From an uncultured Lacihabitans sp. (GTDB lineage: Bacteria; Bacteroidota; Bacteroidia; Cytophagales; Spirosomataceae), in NCBI GenBank assembly GCA_964489955.1, contig CAZBAV010000006.1, positions 42,848 to 106,847 of the forward strand: a DNA stretch of 64,000 nucleotides, in the 5' to 3' direction. Made by a program: the position numbers and the translations under genes. This document shows positions 52,349-61,047 of this stretch, one piece after another. How positions within the stretch are numbered: the stretch's first letter is position 1; the number at the start of each line of letters is the position of its first letter. The notes below the pieces were generated by a model that worked only from the letters and a program-made list of their open reading frames with translations, was not told where the DNA came from and made no database searches.

Positions 52349-52595
52349 TTTTGTTCATTTTTACCCAAAAGTAGCTTGTTTTTTGCGAAGTGGGAAATTT
52401 GAGTCCAGAATTAAGGCTTGGGTGTTCTATAAGAGGCCTTTGTGTGGATACAAATTTTAATAGAGAGATATAGTTTATAAGGAGATAGTATATGGAAATT
52501 ACAGAAAATAATTAAATATATTAAAAACTGTGAAAATATAAAATTACTAAAATAGTATATTGTATAATTTAATATTTATACAATTATGAAAATAT

Positions 52596-52627
52596 TTAAT
52601 TAAAAGAAAAATCCCGTGGGATTTCTC
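52596..52627 (-). terminator. terminator hairpin downstream of the peroxiredoxin gene
   Basis: On the minus strand: GAGAAATCCC-ACG-GGATTTTTC followed by TTTTAATT (one mismatch in the stem). Confidence 0.55.
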
Positions 52628-52640
52628 TTTATAAAAACTA

Positions 52641-53276
52641 TTATTTGTTTGGTTGAGGAGTGTATCTCAGATAAGGTTTAACCACTGTCACTCCTTTAGG
52701 GAATTTCTTAATGGCATCCTCGGTAGAGACAGCGGGCACCACAATGGCGTCGTCTCCATCTTTCCAGTCGGCAGGAGTAGCTACAGAATAGTTAGCGGTA
52801 AGCTGTAGTGAATCAATCACCCTAAGTATTTCCTGAAAATTACGACCGGTAGAAGCCGGGTATGTAAGCGTAAGTTTTACTTTCTTATCTGGTCCTATAA
52901 TGAAAACGGATCTTACCGTAGCTTTCTCCGAAGCATTGGGATGTATCATATCATACAATTCGGCTACCTTTCGGTCTTGGTCCGCTATGATAGGGAAATT
53001 GAATTTTACATTATTCACTTCTTCAATATCCGGAATCCACTTATTATGTGAGTCTAAATCATCTACAGAAACTGCAATTACTTTTACCCCTTTTTTTTCA
53101 AACTCACCCTTGAGTAACGCTGTTTTTCCGAGTTCAGTAGTACAAACAGGAGTAAAGTCTGCCGGGTGGGAAAACAAAAGACCCCAAGAGTCTCCTAACC
53201 ATTCGTGGAAGTTAATTGTGCCTTCGGTGGTGCTGGCTGTGAAGTCAGGGGCCACATCTCCTAATCTCAATGACAT
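52641..53276 (-). CDS. peroxiredoxin (1-Cys / Prx6-type)
   Basis: 211 aa. Has the peroxidatic-Cys motif HPADFTPVCTTEL, and length and C-terminal extension typical of Prx6-like enzymes. Confidence 0.9.
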   Translation of the reverse strand: MSLRLGDVAPDFTASTTEGTINFHEWLGDSWGLLFSHPADFTPVCTTELGKTALLKGEFEKKGVKVIAVSVDDLDSHNKWIPDIEEVNNVKFNFPIIADQDRKVAELYDMIHPNASEKATVRSVFIIGPDKKVKLTLTYPASTGRNFQEILRVIDSLQLTANYSVATPADWKDGDDAIVVPAVSTEDAIKKFPKGVTVVKPYLRYTPQPNK

Positions 53277-53397
53277 AAAATTTATATTTTAGTTTAATAA
53301 TTATGATATAAGCAATGCTTACATTACAAATAACGCATTTTTTTCCGATTATTAGATTTTTAAGCCTTATTTTTACCCATCTATTAAAAAATAAATT

Positions 53398-54024
53398 ATG
53401 ATAGAAACTCGCTCATTGGTTTATGGATATGATGATGCCAAGCAGTTTACTTTTCCCAATTTGAGTTGCCAGCAGGGTAGTTCCCTGCTCATTTTAGGGA
53501 ACTCAGGTTCTGGAAAAACTACATTGTTAAATCTTATGGCACTTTTATTGGCACCAGTGTCAGGCGGTGTATTTATTGGAGGCACAGAAGCGTCAGCAAT
53601 CTCAAAGTCAGAACTCCCCTTGTTTAGGTCTAAAAATATCGGTCTTGTATTTCAGAAACCTTATTTTGTAAATGCACTATCTGTAGAGGATAACTTATTG
53701 TTGTCAAATTACCTCGGAACTAAGCCTTTAGATAAAGTTAGGGTAAAGAATTTGGCAGATGCTTTAGGAGTTGGAGGCTTGCTTAAGAAGCGGATTACAG
53801 AGATAAGTGGAGGAGAGCAGCAAAGAATTGGTATAGCCCGTGCTTTGATGAATTCACCAAAAATCATTTTGGCGGATGAGCCAACTTCTGCATTAGATGA
53901 CCATAATGCCTCCGCAGTAGCCGATCTTCTGGAGCAACAGGCAAAAGAAAATAATGCGGCTTTGGTAGTGGTTACACATGACCATAGGCTTAAGTCGAGA
54001 TTCCCTAACCAAATCACCTTGTAA
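53398..54024 (+). CDS. ABC transporter ATP-binding protein (LolD/MacB-type)
   Basis: 208 aa with Walker A GNSGSGKTT, signature ISGGEQQR and Walker B ILADEPTSALD. Confidence 0.9.
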   Translation: MIETRSLVYGYDDAKQFTFPNLSCQQGSSLLILGNSGSGKTTLLNLMALLLAPVSGGVFIGGTEASAISKSELPLFRSKNIGLVFQKPYFVNALSVEDNLLLSNYLGTKPLDKVRVKNLADALGVGGLLKKRITEISGGEQQRIGIARALMNSPKIILADEPTSALDDHNASAVADLLEQQAKENNAALVVVTHDHRLKSRFPNQITL

Positions 54025-54026
54025 CC

Positions 54027-55199
54027 ATGCTTTTAAAGATAGTTTGGAAGAATATCACAGATAAGAAACTAAACAGTACTTTAGCCATCCTGTTGATGGC
54101 ATTTGGTATTGGGATAATTTCTCTTTTAGTTAATCTTGGGAAACAGCTCCAAGATAAATTTGCAAAAAATATTTCAGGTATAGACATGGTAGTGGGGGCA
54201 AAAGGTAGTCCGCTACAACTCATTTTGTCTGGAGTCTACCAGATAGACTCTCCTACAGGAAACATACCTCTGGATGAACTGGGAATTCTTAAAGGAAATC
54301 CTCTTGTAAAGAGCCTAATTCCTCTTTCTATGGGCGATAATTTTGGAGGATACCGCATTATTGGTAGCCAACATTCTTATATAGAACATTTTAAGGGTGA
54401 GCTAGAATCGGGAGGGTTATTTAACAAACCAATGGAAGTGGTAGTGGGAGCCACCGTTGCCCGTAATTTGGAGTTAAAAGTGGGTGACTCATTTGCTAGT
54501 TCGCACGGTTTTGAGGTGGATGGACATAGCCATGATGAAGAGCAGTTTAAGGTGGTTGGTATTTTGAAGCCCAATAACTCGGTACTTGATAATGTAATAG
54601 TATGCGATTTGGAAAGTGTATGGAACGTGCATTCGCATGAAGAAGGTGCAGCAGGTAACGAGGTCACTTGTGCATTGGTTAAGTTTCGGTCACCAATGGG
54701 CTTAATGACCCTGCCACGGATGATAAATACGAATACCAATATGCAAGCGGCATTACCCGCAATAGAAGTTAACAGGCTGTTTGAGCTTATGGGTATCGGT
54801 ATGGATGCTTTAAAAGCACTGGCTGCTGCAATTATGATCATAAGTGGTATAAGCGTGTTTATTACTTTATATAATGCACTAAAAGAAAGGAAGTATGAAC
54901 TTGCCCTTATGCTGTCTTTAGGAGGCACCCGGACAAAGCTCTTTTTTATGCTTCTTTTAGAAGGTCTGGTGTTGGCTTTTGGCGGCTATGTTTTGGGAAT
55001 AGGCATGAGCCGGATGGCACAGGTCTTTGCTTCAGCAGCATTAAAGGACAGTTATAATTACTCCTTTACACAGCAGTTTCTGCAAACAGAGGAAATTTAT
55101 TTATTTGGAATTGCGTTGTTAATAGGTATACTAGCGGCACTAATTCCGTCTTTAAGCATTTATAAAATCAATATTTCAAAAACTTTGGCTAATGAGTAA
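54027..55199 (+). CDS. ABC transporter permease, FtsX/MacB-like
   Basis: 390 aa. Has an N-terminal TM helix, a large extracytoplasmic domain and three C-terminal TM helices (FtsX-type topology). Starts 2 nt after the ATPase gene. Confidence 0.8.
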   Translation: MLLKIVWKNITDKKLNSTLAILLMAFGIGIISLLVNLGKQLQDKFAKNISGIDMVVGAKGSPLQLILSGVYQIDSPTGNIPLDELGILKGNPLVKSLIPLSMGDNFGGYRIIGSQHSYIEHFKGELESGGLFNKPMEVVVGATVARNLELKVGDSFASSHGFEVDGHSHDEEQFKVVGILKPNNSVLDNVIVCDLESVWNVHSHEEGAAGNEVTCALVKFRSPMGLMTLPRMINTNTNMQAALPAIEVNRLFELMGIGMDALKALAAAIMIISGISVFITLYNALKERKYELALMLSLGGTRTKLFFMLLLEGLVLAFGGYVLGIGMSRMAQVFASAALKDSYNYSFTQQFLQTEEIYLFGIALLIGILAALIPSLSIYKINISKTLANE

Positions 55200-55626
55200 A
55201 AAACTGATTCTAACTTTCTTGCTATTTCCAGCAGTAGTTTTCGCTGTAAATCCTATTAAGATTACCTGGAACCAATTAGCAGACGTTACTTTTAAGAAGA
55301 AATGGAATGCTAAAGAAAATATGTTTCTGCTTGACGCTGTTTTTGGGCCAAAAGTTTTAGAGCTTAAAGGAAAAGAAGTGCTATTGGGAGGGTATATGAT
55401 ACCTATAGATGTGGATGCCAATTATTACGTATTATCCTCAGTACCTTTTGCCTCTTGCTTTTTTTGTGGAGGATCGGGACCTGAAACAGTGGCTACAATC
55501 AAATTCAAAAAGGTATCAAAACGTTATAATACAGACGATAAAGTGACGGTTAAGGGTATCTTGAGGTTAAATTCCGATGACATTAACGAACTGACCTACA
55601 TTCTAGAAAATGCAGAAGTGATTTAA
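55192..55626 (+). CDS. DUF3299-like secreted protein
   Basis: 144 aa with a signal peptide. The pattern GKEVLLGGYMIPID...YYVLSSVPFASCFFCGG fits my memory of DUF3299. Overlaps the permease stop by 8 nt. Confidence 0.45.
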   Translation: MSKKLILTFLLFPAVVFAVNPIKITWNQLADVTFKKKWNAKENMFLLDAVFGPKVLELKGKEVLLGGYMIPIDVDANYYVLSSVPFASCFFCGGSGPETVATIKFKKVSKRYNTDDKVTVKGILRLNSDDINELTYILENAEVI

Positions 55627-55655
55627 GGCATTAAAATAAATACACAATTTAATAT

Positions 55656-56201
55656 ATGTTTGAAATGAAAAAGTTAGTATTCTTTGGTTTAGTGTTTTTG
55701 GGATTAGGATTAGGAAAGGCGGCTGCCCAAAATTATAATAACTGGGCGGTAGGAGTAAAAGTGGGTGAGCCTTTAGGTTTAAATATTCGGAAATATTTTG
55801 CGGATGGTACTAAGAACTTCGATGTAAACGTAGGTTCATATGGACTGCTTTGGGGGACTAAGCGAAACTATAGAAATGATAGGTACTATGAACAAGCGGG
55901 TGTAATGGTGCAGGGGATTTTTCACTTTAATAATCAGATAGGCAGCTCTCAAAGAATGCAGGTTTATTATGGTTTTGGAGGGCAAGTAAACCAGAGAAGA
56001 AGGCCTCCTCTAGATGTAAATAATGTAGGGGAAAAACATATTTCGCTTGGTGGGGTGGTAAACAGTGGATTAGAATATTCCTTACCGAGTAATGGATTAG
56101 GTATTTTTGGAGAAGTGGGAGGTTATATAGAGGTTGCTCCCAAGCCTTTATTTGTAGCGGCTAATATAAATGTGGGTGTGAGAATGAATTTAGGGAAATA
56201 A
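55656..56201 (+). CDS. hypothetical small outer-membrane beta-barrel-like protein
   Basis: 181 aa with a signal peptide (alternative ATG at 55665), Gly/aromatic-rich with alternating strands. Confidence 0.4.
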   Translation: MFEMKKLVFFGLVFLGLGLGKAAAQNYNNWAVGVKVGEPLGLNIRKYFADGTKNFDVNVGSYGLLWGTKRNYRNDRYYEQAGVMVQGIFHFNNQIGSSQRMQVYYGFGGQVNQRRRPPLDVNNVGEKHISLGGVVNSGLEYSLPSNGLGIFGEVGGYIEVAPKPLFVAANINVGVRMNLGK

Positions 56202-56264
56202 TTTTTTTTCTTTTTCCAACCATTCTTGGGGTTTTATAGTCCTTAGTTAAAAATATCCCGGACT

Positions 56265-56588
56265 ATGAAAAAATTAAACGTGAAATTGGTTGGAAAAACA
56301 AGTGTTAACCCCCAATCGGTAATATACCTGAGAGCTGAATCTAATTACTCTGAGGTGTTTCTTACGGATGGTAGAGTGGTAACATTGTCCAAGACTCTTA
56401 AGAAGCTAGAGGATTTATTTGAGCCGCACGGTTTTTTTCGGCCGCATAAATCTTTCTTAATAAACCTTAACCATGTGGTTTCGGCTTCGGTAAATGAAGA
56501 CCGGTTAATTGAGCTCTCAAACCAACATAAGGTAGAGCTTAGTAGAAGAAAGAAAAATGACTTTTTGCAGATAAAGAGACTTTTATAG
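56265..56588 (+). CDS. stand-alone LytTR DNA-binding domain protein (second copy in the window)
   Basis: 107 aa. LytTR pattern VIYLRAESNYSEVFLTDGRVVTLSKTLKKLEDLF..GFFRPHKSFLINLNHV. No receiver or sensor domain. Confidence 0.8.
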   Translation: MKKLNVKLVGKTSVNPQSVIYLRAESNYSEVFLTDGRVVTLSKTLKKLEDLFEPHGFFRPHKSFLINLNHVVSASVNEDRLIELSNQHKVELSRRKKNDFLQIKRLL

Positions 56589-56592
56589 TATA

Positions 56593-56626
56593 AAAAAGGC
56601 GGGTTGTAAAAACAACCCGCCTTTTT
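56593..56626. terminator. bidirectional terminator between the LytTR gene and gltA
   Basis: AAAAAGGCGGGTTGT-AAAA-ACAACCCGCCTTTTT: perfect stem with flanking A and T tracts. Confidence 0.8.
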
Positions 56627-56631
56627 ATGTT

Positions 56632-57915
56632 TTATCTTTTTGAGATTTCTACAAACTCTCTCTTTGTGGGGCCGGTGTATATTTGTCTAGGCCTTCCAAT
56701 AGCTTGTTTTTGGTCTCTTAGTTCTAACCATTGTGCGATCCAACCTGGCAAACGACCAATAGCGAACATCACAGTAAACATATTGGTTGGGATGCCTAAG
56801 GCACGGTAAATGATACCCGAATAGAAGTCTACATTCGGATACAGCTTTCTTGATACAAAGTAATCGTCTTTAAGGGCAGCTTCTTCAAGGCCTTTAGCAA
56901 TTTCTAAGATTGGGTCGTTTACGCCTAACTTCGCTAATACCTCATCTGCAGCCTTCTTGATTATTCTGGCTCTAGGGTCAAAGTTCTTGTATACCCTGTG
57001 GCCAAAGCCCATAAGACGGAAGCTGGAGTTCTTATCTTTGGCCATCGCTATGTATTTGCTTACATCTCCACCGTCAGCTTTGATAGCCTCAAGCATTTCT
57101 ATCACGGCCTGGTTAGCTCCACCGTGTAGTGGACCCCATAATGCCGAGATACCAGCTGATATACTAGAGTAAATATTTGCTTGCGATGATCCTACGAGTC
57201 TTACGGTAGAAGTGGAGCAGTTTTGCTCATGATCTGCATGTAGGATAAGAAGTTTGTTTAATGCACTTGCTACCACAGGATCTACTTCATACCCTTCAAC
57301 AGGTAGTGCAAACATCATGTGGAGGAAATTAGAGCAATAATCCAAATGGTTTTTTGGATAATTTATGGGATGCCCTTGCGACTTTTTGTAACACCAAGTA
57401 GCTATAGTAGGAAACTTAGCCAACAATCTGCGGATATGGGTTTCAGTTTGGTCTACACTGGTTTTCTTGTCATTGTCAGGGTAAAAACTAGACATTGCAC
57501 CAACTAACGATGACATCACACCCATTGGATGGGCATTTACCGGGAAGCCATCAAAAATCTTACGCATATCTTCATTAACAAGAGAACGCGTGGTTACTTC
57601 GTACTTAAATTTTGAGTATTGCTCCTGTGTAGGCAATTCTCCATAAATCAATAAATAAGCTACTTCTAAAAACTCTGCTTTTTCTGCTAAATCTTCAATA
57701 GAGTACCCTCTATGGTGTAGTATACCTTCTTCACCATCTAAAAACGTAATGCTACTGTAAGTTGCACCTGTGTTTTTATAGCCTTCGTCTATTGTGATGT
57801 AGCCTGTTTTGGATCTTAAAGCGGAAATATCAATTGCTTTTTCATTTTCTGAGCCCTCTACCACCGGGAACTCATGTTCCTGTCCCGCGATGATTAACTT
57901 TACAGTTTCTTGCAT
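56632..57915 (-). CDS. gltA: citrate synthase
   Basis: 427 aa with the citrate synthase signature GFGHRVYKNFDPRA and LHADHEQNCSTST. Confidence 0.95.
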   Translation of the reverse strand: MQETVKLIIAGQEHEFPVVEGSENEKAIDISALRSKTGYITIDEGYKNTGATYSSITFLDGEEGILHHRGYSIEDLAEKAEFLEVAYLLIYGELPTQEQYSKFKYEVTTRSLVNEDMRKIFDGFPVNAHPMGVMSSLVGAMSSFYPDNDKKTSVDQTETHIRRLLAKFPTIATWCYKKSQGHPINYPKNHLDYCSNFLHMMFALPVEGYEVDPVVASALNKLLILHADHEQNCSTSTVRLVGSSQANIYSSISAGISALWGPLHGGANQAVIEMLEAIKADGGDVSKYIAMAKDKNSSFRLMGFGHRVYKNFDPRARIIKKAADEVLAKLGVNDPILEIAKGLEEAALKDDYFVSRKLYPNVDFYSGIIYRALGIPTNMFTVMFAIGRLPGWIAQWLELRDQKQAIGRPRQIYTGPTKREFVEISKR

Positions 57916-58256
57916 TTATTTCTGGTTTACCAGTTGAATATTTATTTGTTGCTAAAATACAAAAAAATGCCCTAAACCAAAAAATATTCTTCAAAATATC
58001 CAAATTTTTGCAATGATTCTGGTTGTTGGGATATTATACGGTTTAACTGCTACTTTTGTATATTTTATGGGGTGTAAAGTGGTTGTTTACAAATTTTATA
58101 CTTTGATATACTTTACAGTACTTAGGGTGTAGTGTATTGGTTAAATTATAATATGGTGGTAAAAGAAAGTCTTACATTTGGGACTATTTTTATAGCTAAA
58201 GTTTTAGAAATAGATACGAATTGCAGAAATTGCACTAATAAATAAAGTTTTACACA

Positions 58257-59825
58257 ATGTCAAAGATTGATTTATTCAAAGAAGAGATAATAAAAGGATA
58301 CACGCACAAGGGAGACTCTATTATACTCGGTGCTGCCAAGCTAGATGGTGCAGTTGTAGAAGGTACGCAAGTGAAGATCCCTCTGAAGACCATGAACCGC
58401 CACGGCCTTATAGCTGGTGCTACCGGAACAGGAAAAACCAAGACTCTCCAAGGTTTGGCTGAAGGTCTTTCTAAAGCAAGCGTTCCCGTACTACTTATGG
58501 ATATTAAGGGTGATCTTAGTGGTTTGGCAAAGGAAGGAAAAGCAGAGTCTTTTATTTTAGAACGTGCCCAAGCCGCAGGTATAGAATATAAACCTCAAGG
58601 CTTTCCTCTGGAGTTTTTGACATTAAGTGAAGAAAAAGGGACAAGACTAAGAGCCACCGTTTCTGAGTTTGGACCTATACTTTTAGGCAAAATTCTGGGA
58701 TTAAATGACACGCAGGAAGGCATAGTGTCAGTTATTTTCAAATATTGTGACGACAACAACTTACCGCTTTTAGACCTGAAAGATTTTATCAGGGTAATCC
58801 AGTATTTAAGTTCAGAAGGTAAAGCAGGGTTCGAAGCCAATTATGGACGGATGTCTACAACCTCTTTGGGTACAATTATGCGGAAAGTGATAGAGCTGCA
58901 GCATCAAGGAGCAGATCTCTTCTTTGGCGAAGTGTCTTTTGATGTGGATGATCTTATGCGGATAGACGATAAAGGGCAAGGGATTATCTCGGTTCTTAGG
59001 GTTATGGATTTAATGGATCGTCCTAAGCTATTTTCTACATTTATGCTTAGCCTTTTGGCCGAACTTTATGCTACTTTACCAGAAGCAGGAGATGAAGATC
59101 GCCCTAAATTGGTGATTTTTATAGACGAGGCTCATTTGGTTTTCCAAGAGGCTTCTAAAGCTTTGTTACAACAGATAGAAACTGTGGTGAGGTTAATACG
59201 GTCTAAAGGAGTGGGTATTTATTTCTGTACTCAAAACCCTCAGGATGTGCCTGCTACAATACTTTCGCAGCTGGGCTTAAAGGTTCAGCATGCATTAAGG
59301 GCTTTTACTGCCAATGACCGGAAAACCATAAAAGAAGCTTCTCGAAATTATCCGGAAACTCAGTTTTTTGATACAGAAAGTGTGCTTACCTCTATGGGTA
59401 TAGGGGAAGCTCTGGTAACATGTTTAAACGAGAAAGGTATACCTACACCACTGGCTGTAACTTATGTTTTGCCTCCGGAAAGCCGTATGGATGTCCTTAC
59501 TGAAGGCGAAATCTATGATATAGTAGGCTCTTCTAGAATATCTAAGAGGTATAATGAAGTGGTAGACCGTGAAAGTGCGTATGAAATACTAAATGCTAAG
59601 TTTGAGCAAGCAGAGGCCGCCAAAGAAGCAGAAGCTCCTAAAGCAGCACCCGCTCCTAGGGGAAGACCAAAGGAAGAGAAGTCCACTTTAGAAACTATCC
59701 TGAGTAGCAGTGCCGGAAAACAAGCTACACGTACAGCAGCTAACCTAATAACGCGGACATTATTGGGAGCCTTGGGTTTAAGCGGAACCACTACAAAGAA
59801 GAAAAAGACCAATTCTTGGTTTTAA
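58257..59825 (+). CDS. HerA-like P-loop ATPase, DUF853 (YjgR-like)
   Basis: 522 aa with Walker A GATGTGKTK, Walker B LVIFIDEAHLVF and a low-complexity Lys/Ala/Pro-rich C-terminal tail. Confidence 0.75.
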   Translation: MSKIDLFKEEIIKGYTHKGDSIILGAAKLDGAVVEGTQVKIPLKTMNRHGLIAGATGTGKTKTLQGLAEGLSKASVPVLLMDIKGDLSGLAKEGKAESFILERAQAAGIEYKPQGFPLEFLTLSEEKGTRLRATVSEFGPILLGKILGLNDTQEGIVSVIFKYCDDNNLPLLDLKDFIRVIQYLSSEGKAGFEANYGRMSTTSLGTIMRKVIELQHQGADLFFGEVSFDVDDLMRIDDKGQGIISVLRVMDLMDRPKLFSTFMLSLLAELYATLPEAGDEDRPKLVIFIDEAHLVFQEASKALLQQIETVVRLIRSKGVGIYFCTQNPQDVPATILSQLGLKVQHALRAFTANDRKTIKEASRNYPETQFFDTESVLTSMGIGEALVTCLNEKGIPTPLAVTYVLPPESRMDVLTEGEIYDIVGSSRISKRYNEVVDRESAYEILNAKFEQAEAAKEAEAPKAAPAPRGRPKEEKSTLETILSSSAGKQATRTAANLITRTLLGALGLSGTTTKKKKTNSWF

Positions 59826-59826
59826 T

Positions 59827-60339
59827 ATGATAATAGGAATAGGAGGAGCCAGTAGGTCGGGTAAGAGTACACTTGCTCGTCTACTGGTTAATTATTTTAG
59901 GGATTCAGGTAAGACCGCTATTGTGGTGTACCAGGACGATTACGTTTTTCCAACTGATCAAATACCCTTAATACGGGATAAAGTAGACTGGGAAAGCCCC
60001 AGATCCATTAACCATGCTCTGTTGTTAGAGATTGTAACTCTCTTTAAAGATCGGTTTGATGTAGTAATAGTTGATGGTTTTTTGACTTTTTATAATCAAG
60101 AGTTAGTTAGATTATTTGACAATAAAATATTTGTGCAAATATCTAATCAAACATATCTAACAAGAAAAGAACAAGATTTACGTTGGGGGGATATTCCTAG
60201 GTGGTATTTTGGCCATATATGGGAGAGTTATGAAAAATATGGAATTCCGGATATGTCTGACGGCAGTTTCCAGATAATTTCGGGTGAGACCACGTATGAT
60301 TTGGACTCTGTTTTACAAAAACTCCAGATTTGTAGTTGA
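59827..60339 (+). CDS. P-loop nucleoside kinase, nicotinamide-riboside-kinase (NRK1)/uridine-kinase-like
   Basis: 170 aa. Has P-loop IGIGGASRSGKSTLA, and YQDDY, VDGFLTFYN and YFGHIWESYEKY resemble the NRK1 blocks QDDFF, IEGFLLFNY and YFDGHVWPMYLKY as I remember them. Confidence 0.5.
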   Translation: MIIGIGGASRSGKSTLARLLVNYFRDSGKTAIVVYQDDYVFPTDQIPLIRDKVDWESPRSINHALLLEIVTLFKDRFDVVIVDGFLTFYNQELVRLFDNKIFVQISNQTYLTRKEQDLRWGDIPRWYFGHIWESYEKYGIPDMSDGSFQIISGETTYDLDSVLQKLQICS

Positions 60340-60996
60340 GAAAGTGCTTAATTTTAATTTTTGAAATTATTTGGGCTGTAGTTTACTTAATCGATTATTT
60401 TTCAAACCACACAGATGAAAATTAAAAAAGAGGACAAATGATTTTTAACACAATAGCTATTTGAAGCATGCTTGCATGTCTTATGTCACCTTAATCTATT
60501 GTCTCTATGTGGTTTAATATTAGGTATTTATATTCTAGGTACACTTTTACTCGCTAAGCAAACTATAGCCATCATTCGATTTAATGTATTGATAATAAAC
60601 TACTTGCTTCGAATTTTGTACGATTTAGTAGAAGGGCTAATTTGCTGTTTACCAGAGTTCGTTAAAAACACATAGATTTAATTATCAGTAAATCAGCAAT
60701 AATTAAAGTATTCATAGTACTGAAGCCTAGCTTCAGTATATGTGAACAGCTTCAGCTGTATATTCTTACTCAAAAGATATCCTTTTTCTATATTTCTATA
60801 TATTTTGTACTATAAATCAATACATTAACAACCGAATCCCGTTGTTTGGGATTAAGCGGAAGAAGTAAACATGCTGAGATATTGTTAATTTGTAAGATTA
60901 CCTGCTTAGTTAATCAGATTCAGTCCTTACCTTTGTAGTTCAAAATCACCCCCAAAAAGTTTATGTGAGATATAATTTCTTTCTAAAATAAAGCAG

Positions 60997-61027
60997 CAGA
61001 CAGGCACAAGCCTTTCTGATTTTTTTT
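60997..61027 (+). terminator. terminator-like hairpin plus U-tract 20 nt upstream of the ABC-F start codon (candidate attenuator)
   Basis: CAGACAGGC-ACAA-GCCTTTCTG (8 of 9 pairs) followed by ATTTTTTTT, then a purine-rich AAAGGAAGAAG and ATG at 61048. The nearest upstream plus-strand CDS ends about 650 nt earlier. Confidence 0.5.
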
Positions 61028-61047
61028 CATTTTTAAAGGAAGAAGTT

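Noticed and set aside
52559-52584. Inverted repeat ATTGTATAA-n8-TTATACAAT in the very AT-rich 292-bp spacer between the cvfB-like and peroxiredoxin genes.
   Set aside because: In DNA this AT-rich, a 9-bp A/T palindrome is expected by chance, and I found no second copy or other context to support an operator.
60472-60675. 67-aa hydrophobic ORF (TTG start) inside the long leader upstream of the second ABC-F gene.
   Set aside because: It has a non-ATG start, an odd Leu/Ile/Cys-rich composition, no supporting motif and sits in very AT-rich DNA. It cannot be excluded as a small membrane peptide, but the sequence alone does not support it.
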